Assembly: GCA_046754465.1 (NCBI GenBank) | Contig: JBHHVU010000013.1 | Span: forward strand, 444-64,443 | Length of the DNA: 64,000 bases | From: Nitrospinaceae bacterium | Lineage (GTDB): Bacteria; Nitrospinota; Nitrospinia; Nitrospinales; VA-1 | Direction: 5' to 3' | Shown here: positions 45,974-56,598 of the stretch, in pieces | How positions within the stretch are numbered: the first letter of the stretch is position 1 | How the letters are laid out: each line of letters opens with the position of its first letter | The notes under the pieces: model-generated | The model's database searches: none | Told to the model about the DNA's origin: nothing | Seen by the model: only the letters and a program-made list of their open reading frames with translations | Made by a program: the position numbers and the translations under genes

Positions 45974-46088
45974 GGTCGTGGATGGATGAAATGGATTCAT
46001 GCGGGCCATCTCTTCCCAATTCTACACCATATTCTGCCGAGGGGTCATCCTTAAACAAGGTAGACGGAAAATCCGGTTTTTGGAAGGA

Positions 46089-47519
46089 TCAGACGCCGAG
46101 GCGACTGGTCAATATCTTGGTTCCCATTCGTGCCTTGGCGGTGAAGTCGGACCAGGATTTGACCTTGGCGATCTGTTTCATCAGGTAGGTGGGGCGGCGG
46201 TAAAACCTGGAGTGGCATTCGTCCTGGATTTTCCGCAGTTCTTCCTCGGTGAAATCCTTGTTCCAGAATTGGATCGTGAATCCGGGGGAGGGGTTTTCGG
46301 CGAACTCCTGCCAGTAATCCTGGGGAATGATTCCTTCGTTTAGCATCTGGAAATACAATTCGGTTTTGGGGTAGGGGGTGCAGATGGAAAATTGGGCGTA
46401 ATCCGGTTTCAGGCGTTTCGCGAATTCGACGGTGGCAAACATCTCCTCGCGGGTTTCGTGGGGAATGCCGATCATCATGTAGGCGAAGAAACCGATCCCC
46501 GCCCGGTGCGTCATCCGGCAGGCGCGTTCGACTTTTTCCGGCGTCTGCCCTTTTTGCAGGTACTTGAGGTGACGGGGAGTCGCCGACTCGATTCCGTAAT
46601 GGATGCGGTAACAGCCGGAACGCTTGAGGGCCTGGAGGACCTCTTCATTGACCGTGTCCACACGGGCGGAAATCTTGTAACTGATCTTCAATCCGCGTTT
46701 GACGATGAGATCGCAAATGGTGATGAGATTCTTCTTGTTAACGGTGATGGTGTCGTCGACGAAAAACAGGTCATCCACTCCCGTCTCCACCAGCTCCTCG
46801 ATTTCCCGGATCACGTTTTGCGCCGACCGGGCGCGGAAGGTGGTTTTCCGGATATCGCAGAAGGAGCAAGCCGCGGGGCACCCACGGGTGGCCTGGATCG
46901 TAAAGAACTGTCGCCCCTCCCCAATGATATGGACATAACGGCTGACATCCACCAGGTGCCGGGCGGGAAACGGCAGGGTATCCAGATCCAGAAGCGCTGT
47001 TTGCGCGGGATTGATTTGGCTCACGCCGTCCCTTTTCCAGCCCAGCCCCTTGATTTGGCCCAGGGCAGCCGGGTCCGGACCCTTGGTTTCCAAGGTCCCC
47101 GCCAGGTGGGTGAATATAGGTTCCCCTTCCCCGAAGACGACGTAATCGATCTCCGGCTGGTCGAGGGTTTCCCTTGGGTACAGGTTGACGTGCGGACCGC
47201 CCAGGCAAATCTTCACCTCCGGGTTTTCCCGTTTTAAAACCCTTGCCGCCCGCAGGGCGTCCAGCAAGTTGAATGTCATGATGCTCATCGCCACCAGGTC
47301 CGGGCGGATTTCCCGGAACCGGCGGAGCAGTTCCTCTTCCGAGACCTCCTCCGGCGGGCAGTCGATGAACACCGGGCGGTTGCCGGTTGCCTGCTCGTAA
47401 TAGGCGGCCACGTACATCAGCCCGAGCTTGGGATAATACCCCTTCCCCCCTTCGAGGGCCTTGGGGACCGACGAGTCAAGGGACAGGGTTTCGGGAGGCA
47501 CCAGGAACAAGATTTTCAT
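46089..47519 (-). CDS. B12-binding domain radical SAM protein
   Basis: PKLGLMYVAA, GGPH, GEGE, TRGCPAACSFC, FFVDD, GIESA, MIGIP.ET, TPYPKT. Confidence 0.92.
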   Translation of the reverse strand: MKILFLVPPETLSLDSSVPKALEGGKGYYPKLGLMYVAAYYEQATGNRPVFIDCPPEEVSEEELLRRFREIRPDLVAMSIMTFNLLDALRAARVLKRENPEVKICLGGPHVNLYPRETLDQPEIDYVVFGEGEPIFTHLAGTLETKGPDPAALGQIKGLGWKRDGVSQINPAQTALLDLDTLPFPARHLVDVSRYVHIIGEGRQFFTIQATRGCPAACSFCDIRKTTFRARSAQNVIREIEELVETGVDDLFFVDDTITVNKKNLITICDLIVKRGLKISYKISARVDTVNEEVLQALKRSGCYRIHYGIESATPRHLKYLQKGQTPEKVERACRMTHRAGIGFFAYMMIGIPHETREEMFATVEFAKRLKPDYAQFSICTPYPKTELYFQMLNEGIIPQDYWQEFAENPSPGFTIQFWNKDFTEEELRKIQDECHSRFYRRPTYLMKQIAKVKSWSDFTAKARMGTKILTSRLGV

Positions 47520-47594
47520 GGGATTGGGGAGGGTTTTCCTTTAAAATCGGTTTTTCTTTTTATCGAACATCCCCCAGGAAAGGATCAGGACTCG

Positions 47595-48572
47595 TTGAAA
47601 CCGGTCGTCACCGTCACCAATATCTTTCCGGAAGCCGCCCTCGAAAAACTGGCGGCGCATTGCGAACTGCGGTTGAACCCCACCGGCAACCCGCCGTCCG
47701 CGGAGGACCTCAAACAGTCGGTCTCGGTCAGCGCGGGGATTATCACCTACTTATCGGATAAGATGGGTCCGGACATAATGGACCGGGCCGCGAATTTGAA
47801 AATAATTGCCAACTACGGGGCCGGATACAACAACATCGATGTGGAATACGCCCATCGGAAAGGGATCTGGGTGACCAACACTCCGGGCATCCTGCATGAA
47901 ACGACGGCCGACCTCACCTGGGCGCTGATTCTGGGCACGGCGCGGCGGATCGTCCCGGCGGACCGCTATACCCGCGAGGGAAAATTCACCGGTTGGCAGG
48001 CCAAACTGTTTCTGGGCGCCGATGTGTACGGAAAGACGCTGGGAATCATCGGTTGCGGTGAAATCGGCCAGGCGGTGGGCCGCCGCGCCGGGGGGTTTCA
48101 AATGACAGTCCTTTATCACCAGCGGCGGCGTCTGCCGGAAGAGGTGGAAAAAGAACTCGGCGCCGTGTTCACGCCCTTGCGGGATCTCCTGCAACGATCC
48201 GATTTCGTCACCCTGCACGTGCCCCTGACCGGCGCGACCCGGAACCTGATCGGCAGGGAGGAGTTGGCGCTCATGAAACCGTCCGCCTGCCTCATCCATA
48301 CCGCCCGGGGAAAAGTGGTGGACGACCGGGCGCTGGTGGATGCCCTGAAGTCGGGACGGCTGGCCGGGGCGGGCCTGGATGTCTACGAAAATGAGCCCGA
48401 ACTGACCGAGGGAATGACCGAACTCGACAACCTCATTTTATTGCCCCATATCGGCAGCGCCACCACCGAGACCCGCGAGCGCATGGCGCTCCTCGCCGCC
48501 GACAATGTCCTGGATGCCCTGTCGGGCAAGCGTCCCCGCTCCCTCGTTCCCGAATGGTCCGGGAAGGGTTAG
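47595..48572 (+). CDS. D-2-hydroxyacid dehydrogenase (glyoxylate/hydroxypyruvate reductase family)
   Basis: GAGYNNID, TNTPG, GIIGCGEIG, LHVPL, ARG, LDVYENEP, PHIGSAT. Confidence 0.93.
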   Translation: MKPVVTVTNIFPEAALEKLAAHCELRLNPTGNPPSAEDLKQSVSVSAGIITYLSDKMGPDIMDRAANLKIIANYGAGYNNIDVEYAHRKGIWVTNTPGILHETTADLTWALILGTARRIVPADRYTREGKFTGWQAKLFLGADVYGKTLGIIGCGEIGQAVGRRAGGFQMTVLYHQRRRLPEEVEKELGAVFTPLRDLLQRSDFVTLHVPLTGATRNLIGREELALMKPSACLIHTARGKVVDDRALVDALKSGRLAGAGLDVYENEPELTEGMTELDNLILLPHIGSATTETRERMALLAADNVLDALSGKRPRSLVPEWSGKG

Positions 48573-48605
48573 CCCGGATATTGCATGGATGGAATTATAA
48601 CCGGG

Positions 48606-49703
48606 CTAGACGTTGAAGCGGAAGTGGGCGATGTCGCCGTCCTGGAAGATGTAATCCTTCCCCTCGATGCGCAGTTTTCCGGCTTCCTTGATCCCCTGCT
48701 CGGACTTGTAGGTGACGAGGTCGTCGTAAGTATAGATCTCGGCGCGGATGAATCCTTTCTCGAAATCGGTGTGGATCACGGCGGCGGCCTGGGGCGCCCG
48801 GGTATTTTTTTTGATCGTCCAGGCGCGGTTTTCCTTGCCCCCGGCGGTGAAAAACGTGATCAGATTGAGCAGGCCATACCCTGCACGGATCATCTGGTTC
48901 AGTCCGGTTTCCTTCAATCCCAGTTCTTCCAGGAAGGCTTTCTGTTCGGCGGGGTCCCCGATTTCCATGATCTCGTTTTCGAGTTTTCCCACCAGCACCA
49001 CCACCCCGGCGCCCTCCTTCGAGGCATGGCTTTTCACGGCCAGGACGTGCTCGTTTTCCGATTGCGCTGGGTCGGCGATATTGCAGACATAAAGGACGGG
49101 TTTCACCGTGAGCAGGTTCAGGGATTTGACGAACTGTGCTTCCTCCCCGGTATGGCATTCCAGTCCGCGGGCGGGTTGGCCGACGTTGAGGGCTTCGGAA
49201 AGCTTGCCGATCACTCCCATTTGAAGCCGGGCTTCCTTGTTGCCGCTCTTGGCGAGTTTTTCGATCTTCAACTTGCGCCGGTCCAGGGTTTCCAGGTCGG
49301 CGATCATCAGTTCGGTGTGGATCACCTCGATATCCGACAGGGGGTCGATTTTACCGCTGACATGGGGGATGTTGCCATCCTCAAAACATCGGACGATGTG
49401 CGCGACGGCGTCCACTTCCCGGATGTGTCCGAGGAATTTGTTGCCCAGCCCTTCTCCCCGGGAAGCGCCCTTGACGAGTCCGGCGATATCCACGAACTGC
49501 ATGGTGGTGTAGATGGTTTTTTCCGCGGGGATCAGCCGGGCGATGGTGTCCAGCCTGGGGTCGGGGACGGGAACGACGCCGGTGTTGGGTTCGATGGTGG
49601 TGAAAGGGTAATTCGCCGCTTCCGCCCCGGCACGGGTCAGGGCGTTGAAGATCGTTGATTTGCCCACGTTGGGCAGGCCCACGAGGCCGCAGGTGAATCC
49701 CAT
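48606..49703 (-). CDS. ychF: redox-regulated ATPase YchF
   Basis: GLVGLPNVGKST, ANYPFTTIEPN, DIAGLVKGAS.GEGLGNKFL, HFRFNV. Confidence 0.97.
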   Translation of the reverse strand: MGFTCGLVGLPNVGKSTIFNALTRAGAEAANYPFTTIEPNTGVVPVPDPRLDTIARLIPAEKTIYTTMQFVDIAGLVKGASRGEGLGNKFLGHIREVDAVAHIVRCFEDGNIPHVSGKIDPLSDIEVIHTELMIADLETLDRRKLKIEKLAKSGNKEARLQMGVIGKLSEALNVGQPARGLECHTGEEAQFVKSLNLLTVKPVLYVCNIADPAQSENEHVLAVKSHASKEGAGVVVLVGKLENEIMEIGDPAEQKAFLEELGLKETGLNQMIRAGYGLLNLITFFTAGGKENRAWTIKKNTRAPQAAAVIHTDFEKGFIRAEIYTYDDLVTYKSEQGIKEAGKLRIEGKDYIFQDGDIAHFRFNV

Positions 49704-49769
49704 GATTGTTTCTCCAAACAGGTTTTTTGATTTTGCCCGGTGCGGCGATCCGATTCCGGTGGCGCCATC

Positions 49770-51185
49770 TTATTTGTAGGAGACGTGGAGGGTTTTGAAC
49801 GATTGGAGGAATACGAGGCTCGACAACACGAGGCACGCATACCAGCCGATGAATTCAAAAAAAGTTTGTTCCTCCACGAAACTGAGGATGGTCAGAAATA
49901 GTACGGCGCCCACGTTTCCGTAAGCCCCGGCCAGGCCGGCCATTTTACCGGTGAGGTCCTTGCGGATCAGCGGCACCATGGCAAAGCAGGCGCCGCTGCC
50001 CGCCTGCAGAAAAACGGAGCAGGTCACGGCAAGGGCGAGGACGCTCCACAACGGCCAGGCGGACGTGATTCTGCTCATCGCCAGGTAACCCGCCATCGAT
50101 CCCAGAACCAGGATAAACAGGGTCCGCCTTCTGCCGAAAATATCCGACAACCATCCGCCGCACGGCCGGGTGATCAGGTTCATGAAGGCGAAACTCGAAC
50201 CGAGGACGCCCGCGGCGATGACGCTGAGATCAAAGGTGGATTCCAGGAATTCCGGAAACATGGAGATGACGGCCAGATTCGACCCAAAGGTGAGGGCATA
50301 AACCAGACTCAATATAAAGATCTGCCGGAACTCGTAATAGTGCTCCCCCGGTACAGGGTGAAGCAGATGAGGCAGGTTGCTCCGAATGCATTTTAACATA
50401 CTGAAAACAAAAAGCGTTATTAGCCCCGTGAGCAAGATCCATAAGATGCCCGGAGACAGCAGGAACAGGGGATGCCCGTAAAGTTTCCAGACCACGGCCA
50501 GGACGGACCCGTAGATGGGGATCATCAGGAGAATCTGCAGGACGAGGTCCTTGCGCGAGGTGACGGGGATCGAATTGATCAACCCGACCTTGAAATTTTC
50601 CCCTCGCGAGGGCACTTCCCTGGAGAATATGAAATAGACCCCGGACCAGAGAAGGCACAACCCGCCGGAAACCGCCGTGGCCACCCGCCAACCGGTATCC
50701 TGCGGAAACAGGGCGGCGATGAGGGGCAGGGAAAAGGCTGCCGCGGCGGCGCCGAAATTCCCCCAACCGGCGTAAATTCCCTGGGCGGTTCCCATTTTTT
50801 CCGGCGGAAACCATTCGGCGATCATCTTGATGCCGACCACGAATCCCGCTCCGGAGACCCCCATCAGCAAACGGGAAACCAGGAATTCCGAAAACGCCGA
50901 GGCCTGGGAAAAATAAAAGCAGACCGCCGAGGAATACAGAAGCAGGGCGCTGAACACCAGCCTGGGACCAAACCGGTCGACGAACGTTCCAATGAGAATT
51001 CGGGCGGGAATGGTCAATGCGACGTTGCAGATCATGAGGATATCGATCTGCTGGATGGTCAGCCCCGTGGTTTTAAGGATCGTGGTGTTGAACGGGGCCA
51101 TGTTGAACCAGGCCATGAATGTCAAAAAAAAAGCGACCCACGTCAAATGCAGGACGCTTTGCTGCTTGCGGCTGAAACCGAACAT
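49770..51185 (-). CDS. NarK-family nitrate/nitrite MFS transporter
   Basis: LHLTWVAFFLTF..WFN.AP, NVALTIPARI, GIYAGWGNFG, RPCGGWLSD, GAYGNVGAV. Confidence 0.9.
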   Translation of the reverse strand: MFGFSRKQQSVLHLTWVAFFLTFMAWFNMAPFNTTILKTTGLTIQQIDILMICNVALTIPARILIGTFVDRFGPRLVFSALLLYSSAVCFYFSQASAFSEFLVSRLLMGVSGAGFVVGIKMIAEWFPPEKMGTAQGIYAGWGNFGAAAAAFSLPLIAALFPQDTGWRVATAVSGGLCLLWSGVYFIFSREVPSRGENFKVGLINSIPVTSRKDLVLQILLMIPIYGSVLAVVWKLYGHPLFLLSPGILWILLTGLITLFVFSMLKCIRSNLPHLLHPVPGEHYYEFRQIFILSLVYALTFGSNLAVISMFPEFLESTFDLSVIAAGVLGSSFAFMNLITRPCGGWLSDIFGRRRTLFILVLGSMAGYLAMSRITSAWPLWSVLALAVTCSVFLQAGSGACFAMVPLIRKDLTGKMAGLAGAYGNVGAVLFLTILSFVEEQTFFEFIGWYACLVLSSLVFLQSFKTLHVSYK

Positions 51186-51213
51186 TAACTGATTTTTCTT
51201 GGCATCAATGAGT

Positions 51214-51528
51214 TCACTGCGAAGTGGGCTCGCTCGTCATGTATTGATGCGTCTGGACCACGCCCGAATCATCGAAAACGACGAAGATGTTTTTGGAGGT
51301 GTCCGTTCCAATAAAACGATATTTGTTGAACTCGTAGACCCAAACTTCCTTTCCGTTCTGGAAGCCTTTTTTGAAGGGCTTGCCAAACAATTCCTCCACT
51401 TCCTGCCTGGTGGTGGAGCCATTGACGATTTTTTCGAAGCGGTCTTCCTTAAAGGCCTTGCCGGTGGTTCCGCACCCTGCCAACAACAGGCTCCCGACCA
51501 GGATTCCCAATACAACAATAAGTCTCAT
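51214..51528 (-). CDS. small lipoprotein (SmpA/OmlA/BamE-like domain)
   Basis: lipobox LAGC; GSTTRQEVEELFGKP..WVY; RBS AGGAG. Confidence 0.8.
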   Translation of the reverse strand: MRLIVVLGILVGSLLLAGCGTTGKAFKEDRFEKIVNGSTTRQEVEELFGKPFKKGFQNGKEVWVYEFNKYRFIGTDTSKNIFVVFDDSGVVQTHQYMTSEPTSQ

Positions 51529-51709
51529 TTTTTTCTCCTTTTGTTTTCCAGCGGTAATGGTTTCGCCGGAAAAGGTACCATGGGGACGCGCGTCCCAAGA
51601 CGCCCGTCATTCAAAATTAATGAGAAAATTTCCGGACCCGGCATCCTTTAAAATTTTATCATGCCGTTGCCGAATTCCCAATAATCAAGATAAAAGAATC
51701 TCTTGAGGT

Positions 51710-53245
51710 TCAATCGTTTTCGATATGGTATTTTTCCTGATGCAGTTTGGGGTTGACCTGGAAGAGGATCTCGATTTGGTATTTTTCCTCCATTTCTTCG
51801 ATGAATCCGCTCTCTTCCTGGAACATCAGGTCATAAATGGCGGGATGCACGGAGATCTTGATGGTTTTTTGTTGCGGGTTTTGTCCCGCCAGACGCTGAA
51901 TTTCCCGGATAATCTCATAACAGATAGATGTGGGGGACCGGATGTACCCTTTCCCCTCGCAATAGGAGCAGGGGTCGCACAGGGTTTGCACGAGGCTTCC
52001 CCGGACCCGTTTACGGGTCATTTCCACCAGGCCCAGCTCGGAAATTTTCAGGATTTTCGTGCGGGACCGGTCGCCTTTCAGTGCCTGGGTGAGAGCGTTC
52101 CAGATAATTTCCTTACTCTCCTCCCGTGCCATGTCAATTAAATCGACGATGATGATGCCGCCAATATTCCTCAACCGCAATTGATAAACGATCTCCTTGA
52201 CCGCTTCCAGATTGGTTTTGAGGATGGTTTCTTCCGGGTCGGTGTGTCCCACGAACTTCCCGGTGTTGACGTCGATGGACACCAGGGCCTCGGTATGATC
52301 GATGGATATGTAACCCCCTGATTTGAGCCAGACTTTCCGGTCCAACCCGCGGTTGATGTCGATTTCGATTCCGTAATGGTCGAAAATGGGAATCGGACTG
52401 TCATGATATTCAATTTTTTCGACCAAATGGGGCAGGTAATTGCAACAGAAGTCTATGCATTTTTCCTGGTCCTCCTTGCAATCGATGACCAGCCGTTGCA
52501 CATCCTTGGTGAACAAATCCCGGATGGACCGGAAGAGGAGGTTCAGATCCTCGTACAACAGCCGGCTCTCGTGAATATTGTCGGAATATTTTTTCAGGTT
52601 GTCCCATAAGCGGTGGAGGAACTGAAGATCCGAATCAAAATCCTCCTCTTCGCATCCCTGGCCCGCCGTTCGAACGATGTATCCCTCCCCCGGCCGTCCA
52701 ATTTTCGAGATCAGGTTCTTCAACCGTTCCTTTTCGATTTCGTCCTCGATACGCCGTGAAACGTTGATGTGGTTTACCGTGGGCATGTAAACCACGTAAC
52801 GGCCCGGCAGGCTGATGTAGGTGGTGATGCGGGCTCCCTTGCTGCCCAGGGGATTTTTGGCCACCTGAACCATGATCTCCTGACCCTCCGTGAGGATATC
52901 CTGAATCGGAATGAGGTGATTGACCTCCCGGAGGGGTTTCTGCCCGTTGTCCTTTTCCTCATCCTCCTTGGCTAGTGGAAAGGAGGGGGTTTCCTCATCC
53001 TCCAGTTCCGGCATGTCCAGCACATCGATATCACCGACATAGAGAAATCCCGCTTTTTCCAATCCGATATCGACAAAGGCGACCTGCATCCCGGGAAGAA
53101 TTTTGGTGACCTTGCCTTTGTAAATATTACCGACAATTCCCTTGTTGGCCTTGTGCTCGATAAAAAGCTCGACCAATTGGTTGTTTTCCATCAAGGCCAC
53201 GCGGATTTCGCGCGGGTTGGAATTGATAAGGATTTCAGAGTTCAT
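51710..53245 (-). CDS. rng: ribonuclease G (Rne/Rng family)
   Basis: GNIYKGKV..PGMQVAFVDIG, IDVNTG, LRLRNIGGIIIVD, GLVEMTRKR, CxxC; start at MNSEILIN (53245). Confidence 0.94.
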   Translation of the reverse strand: MNSEILINSNPREIRVALMENNQLVELFIEHKANKGIVGNIYKGKVTKILPGMQVAFVDIGLEKAGFLYVGDIDVLDMPELEDEETPSFPLAKEDEEKDNGQKPLREVNHLIPIQDILTEGQEIMVQVAKNPLGSKGARITTYISLPGRYVVYMPTVNHINVSRRIEDEIEKERLKNLISKIGRPGEGYIVRTAGQGCEEEDFDSDLQFLHRLWDNLKKYSDNIHESRLLYEDLNLLFRSIRDLFTKDVQRLVIDCKEDQEKCIDFCCNYLPHLVEKIEYHDSPIPIFDHYGIEIDINRGLDRKVWLKSGGYISIDHTEALVSIDVNTGKFVGHTDPEETILKTNLEAVKEIVYQLRLRNIGGIIIVDLIDMAREESKEIIWNALTQALKGDRSRTKILKISELGLVEMTRKRVRGSLVQTLCDPCSYCEGKGYIRSPTSICYEIIREIQRLAGQNPQQKTIKISVHPAIYDLMFQEESGFIEEMEEKYQIEILFQVNPKLHQEKYHIEND

Positions 53246-53460
53246 TGAGTTTGGTTCCCAAACCAGGGAAGCCGCGGTTCGGGAAACTCCTTCACATTTG
53301 ACTTGGCAGGTAAAGCGATTGCCCTTCCTTTCCAAGGAGTGGATGGCGGAAGGGATCCGTTCATTCCGAGAAAAATTATACCACGTAAATTCCGCTTAGA
53401 CGCGGCCTCTTTTATTTACACCCGATTTCCGGTTCAGATAAAAGAGACAAGCAGACCCAT

Positions 53461-54561
53461 TTATCTCAGGGTTCGCCGCATTTCGATATTGAGCAGCAAA
53501 CCGATCGCGAAAAAGTTGGTGATCAATGAAGAACCTCCGTAACTGAACAGCGGCAGGGGAATTCCGGTGATGGGAAAAAGTCCAATGGTCATACCGATGT
53601 TGAAGATCACATAAAAAGAGATGGCTCCCGTAAGACCCAGGGCGAGAAAAAAACCAAACCGGTCCCCGGCGCGAAACGCGATATTCAGTCCTTTAAGGAT
53701 CACTATCAGAAAAAGGGTCAGCAAAATGGCCACGCCAATGAACCCGGTCTCTTCGGCAAACACCGAAAAGATGAAATCCGTATGTTTTTCTGGGAGAAAA
53801 TTCAGACGGCTCTGAGTCCCGGCAAACAGTCCCTTTCCCCAGAACCCCCCGGACCCGATGGCGATTTTGGATTGGATGGAGTGGTACCCCGCCCCGAGCG
53901 GGTCCAGATCGGGATTGAAAAGGGTCAGGAGCCGGGTTTTTTGATAATCCTTGAGGAAAAACCAGAGAAGGGGGGCGAGAACAATACCTGCCGCGAATAA
54001 TTTGAACAGGGTGCGGTAATCGAATTCTATGGCGGTGATGAACAGAAGAAAGATTAAAAATACCATGATCGCCGTTCCCAGATCGGGCTCCACCACAATC
54101 AGTCCGCCAATCAACAAAGTGATCAGGGCCGGGACCACCAAGTCCCGGAACTGAAACCAGCCTTGATGTTTCCCCGTTTCAAAATATTTCGCCAGGGCAA
54201 TGATCAGGGCAATTTTGGCAAACTCCGACACTTGAATGCTTAATGAACCCATGTGGATCCATCTTCGGGCTCCCGAAGCCACCGTTCCGTGAAGTAAAAC
54301 GTAAATCAGGGAAAGGATCGTGATGGCATAGATCAAATAGGCGTAACGGCTGAGGAGACGGTAGTCGAAGATGATGGCAATAATCATCACCAGGAGCCCA
54401 TAACCGATCCAATAAATTTGCTTGAGGTAAAGATTGCGGAAAAACGGCTCGGGACGGCCATGGTTGGCGCTGTATATGATCACCACCCCAAGGGCGGAAA
54501 TGGCCAGCACGATGATAAGAAACCACCAATTAAAATTTGTGGCAAAGCGGCGATCTATCAT
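53461..54561 (-). CDS. rodA: rod shape-determining protein RodA (SEDS)
   Basis: GARRWI, SEFAK, PDLGTA, GAGYHSIQSKIAIGSGG, PEKHTDFIF, PLPLFSYGGSS; start 54561 or 54582. Confidence 0.95.
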   Translation of the reverse strand: MIDRRFATNFNWWFLIIVLAISALGVVIIYSANHGRPEPFFRNLYLKQIYWIGYGLLVMIIAIIFDYRLLSRYAYLIYAITILSLIYVLLHGTVASGARRWIHMGSLSIQVSEFAKIALIIALAKYFETGKHQGWFQFRDLVVPALITLLIGGLIVVEPDLGTAIMVFLIFLLFITAIEFDYRTLFKLFAAGIVLAPLLWFFLKDYQKTRLLTLFNPDLDPLGAGYHSIQSKIAIGSGGFWGKGLFAGTQSRLNFLPEKHTDFIFSVFAEETGFIGVAILLTLFLIVILKGLNIAFRAGDRFGFFLALGLTGAISFYVIFNIGMTIGLFPITGIPLPLFSYGGSSLITNFFAIGLLLNIEMRRTLR

Positions 54562-54843
54562 AACTGATTCCCATATTATCATATTCCTCAGGCTGGGGTG
54601 GCCTGGATCCAGGCCCGGATGGGTGGTGGATCAAATTATTGGCGGTTCCCGCTTCGAGGGACGGTTGGGAGTAAATTTATTTTTGGAAAATTAAAAAAAA
54701 AGTTCATTTTCCGGTTTGAGGAGCAAGGGCGGCATTTTATAAATTATTCCTTAAAATTCAATTGGTTAATTATTTTGCATAGTTTCTAGTCATTTTCATA
54801 AAACCCTCTGGTTTTGATTCATTTACCCTGATTATTCCCTGGT

Positions 54844-55532
54844 TTTTTAACAGGTTTTAAACAATTCTTGTGGAAAATGAAATGAGAACTGAAAGCGGCC
54901 TGAAGAGCCCACCCCATTTGAATTTCAAGGGGGTATGGGTCGATTCGCCTTTATTTCCTGCCCTTGGGACCCAGGGTTGCCGGAAAGTTTATTATGTAAG
55001 GGGTTTAGGCCTACCGCTGTTTTGACCGTTCCCTAGTTCGTTATTTTTCGCGGGGGATGGCGGCGTCAAAATTTTGATCATATGGATTCGCCCCTATATT
55101 TGGCGGAATGGCCTAATATAAAAATCACGGGATACTCAAAAGGGGAATGGAGGGGCGTATATTCAGGGAAATGGCTCGCCAAAATTTTGATCCCTGGAAT
55201 CGGGCATATTATGGGTTGGAGAGCACCTCCATGCCTTTTCCCGGGAAGCCTGTGAAAAACGGAATCCTGTCAAGAAAATTTCCGCGATCAAATCTCCTTT
55301 GGGGGAAAATTTCAATAATATGTTTAATTGCAATGAGTTATCTATTTTCCGGGCCTTTTCCTAAAGAAGGTGCCTCGGGGGAATTCCTTGAATTTGGGAA
55401 AAATTTTCTGTTTTTCACAAGTTTTCCACATCATTTTTTCCTTGGAAATATGGCTTTCGTGGCCTGTTATCACCGCCCCTTCGGCATGGCGATTTTTCTG
55501 GGGCCGCGAGTTCCCCGCAGCTTATTTTCACA
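54844..55532. promoter_or_regulatory. cluster of DnaA-box-like 9-mers in an AT-rich intergenic region
   Basis: exact TTWTNCACA matches at 54869-54877(-), 55251-55259(-), 55411-55419, 55422-55430; one-mismatch copies at 54844, 54855, 55524. Confidence 0.5.
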
Positions 55533-56454
55533 GGGTGTTATTCGATTTCAAATAATCCTCCATGTCCGGGGGAAGGGGGGACTCAAAAATTCGCCATTTT
55601 CCAGTGAGGGGATGTCTTATTTCCAATCGGTGGGCATGAAGGGCGTGTCGGGTCATTTTCATCGGCTTGGGGCCGGTTTTTCCTCCATACAATTTGTCGC
55701 CAAGCACTGGGTGGCCGATGGACGCCAAATGGACCCGAATTTGATGAGTTCGCCCCGTTTTGGGAAAAATTTGGAGATAGGTGAAATGATCGTACCGCTT
55801 AAGAACCTGAAATTCCGTGGTCGCTTCCCTGCCGCCCTTGATATTGGAGGTCATCTTTTTGCGGTGGATTTTATGCCTGCCGATGGGGGCCTGGATGATG
55901 CCCGCATTCGATTCCACCCGCCCGCGGACCAGGGCCAGGTACACCTTTTTGATTTCCCTGCGCTTGAATTGGAGGGAAAGCGACTTGTGGGCGGATTCGG
56001 TTTTTGCGATAAGAACGAGGCCCGACGTTTCCTTGTCCAGCCGGTGCACGATTCCCGGCCGCTCCACCCCACCGATCCCCGAAAGGCCGAAACAATGGTG
56101 TAAAAGGGCGTTGACCAAGGTTCCCGAAGAATGCCCCGGCGCGGGATGAACCACCATGCCCGCGGGTTTGTCCACCACAACAAGGCAATCGTCCTCAAAA
56201 ACAATATTCAGGGGAATGGCCTCGCGGGGCAGTTCCAGGGGCGTGGGGTCCGGAATATGAAGTTCGATACAGTCTCCCGGCTTCACCTTGTAGCAGGTGC
56301 GGCCCGGGAAACCATTTACCATGACCTGTCCTTTTTCTATCAACCTTTTCAATTGCGAGCGGCTGATATCCTCCTGGGATTCAGAGAGGAAAACATCCAG
56401 CCGCTTCTGGCTGGTATGCCGGTCTACTTTGAATTTGAGGCGTTTCATGGTCAA
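55528..56454 (-). CDS. rluD: RluA-family pseudouridine synthase (RluD-like)
   Basis: S4 domain RLD..SRSQ, KPAGMVVHP, RPGIVHRLDKETSG, TGRTHQIRVH, GDKLYG. Confidence 0.92.
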   Translation of the reverse strand: MTMKRLKFKVDRHTSQKRLDVFLSESQEDISRSQLKRLIEKGQVMVNGFPGRTCYKVKPGDCIELHIPDPTPLELPREAIPLNIVFEDDCLVVVDKPAGMVVHPAPGHSSGTLVNALLHHCFGLSGIGGVERPGIVHRLDKETSGLVLIAKTESAHKSLSLQFKRREIKKVYLALVRGRVESNAGIIQAPIGRHKIHRKKMTSNIKGGREATTEFQVLKRYDHFTYLQIFPKTGRTHQIRVHLASIGHPVLGDKLYGGKTGPKPMKMTRHALHAHRLEIRHPLTGKWRIFESPLPPDMEDYLKSNNTL

Positions 56455-56598
56455 GGTATTGGAAAATCCGGATTCGAGGGGTGCGGAACCGGTGTTGGAA
56501 AGGGGAATCGGGCACCCAGCGGAAAACCACGGGCGGCGGAACCTTCCGGCCTTTTGAGGAGAAGAACCAGATTTTGCCCGGTGATTGAGCCCCGCCGG

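Noticed and set aside
54976..55002. dif-like site GTTGCCGGAAA-GTTTA-TTATGTAAGGG
   Set aside because: Only the TTATGTAA core fits; the spacer is 5 bp and the XerC arm is poor. A GC-skew terminus here would be needed to revive it
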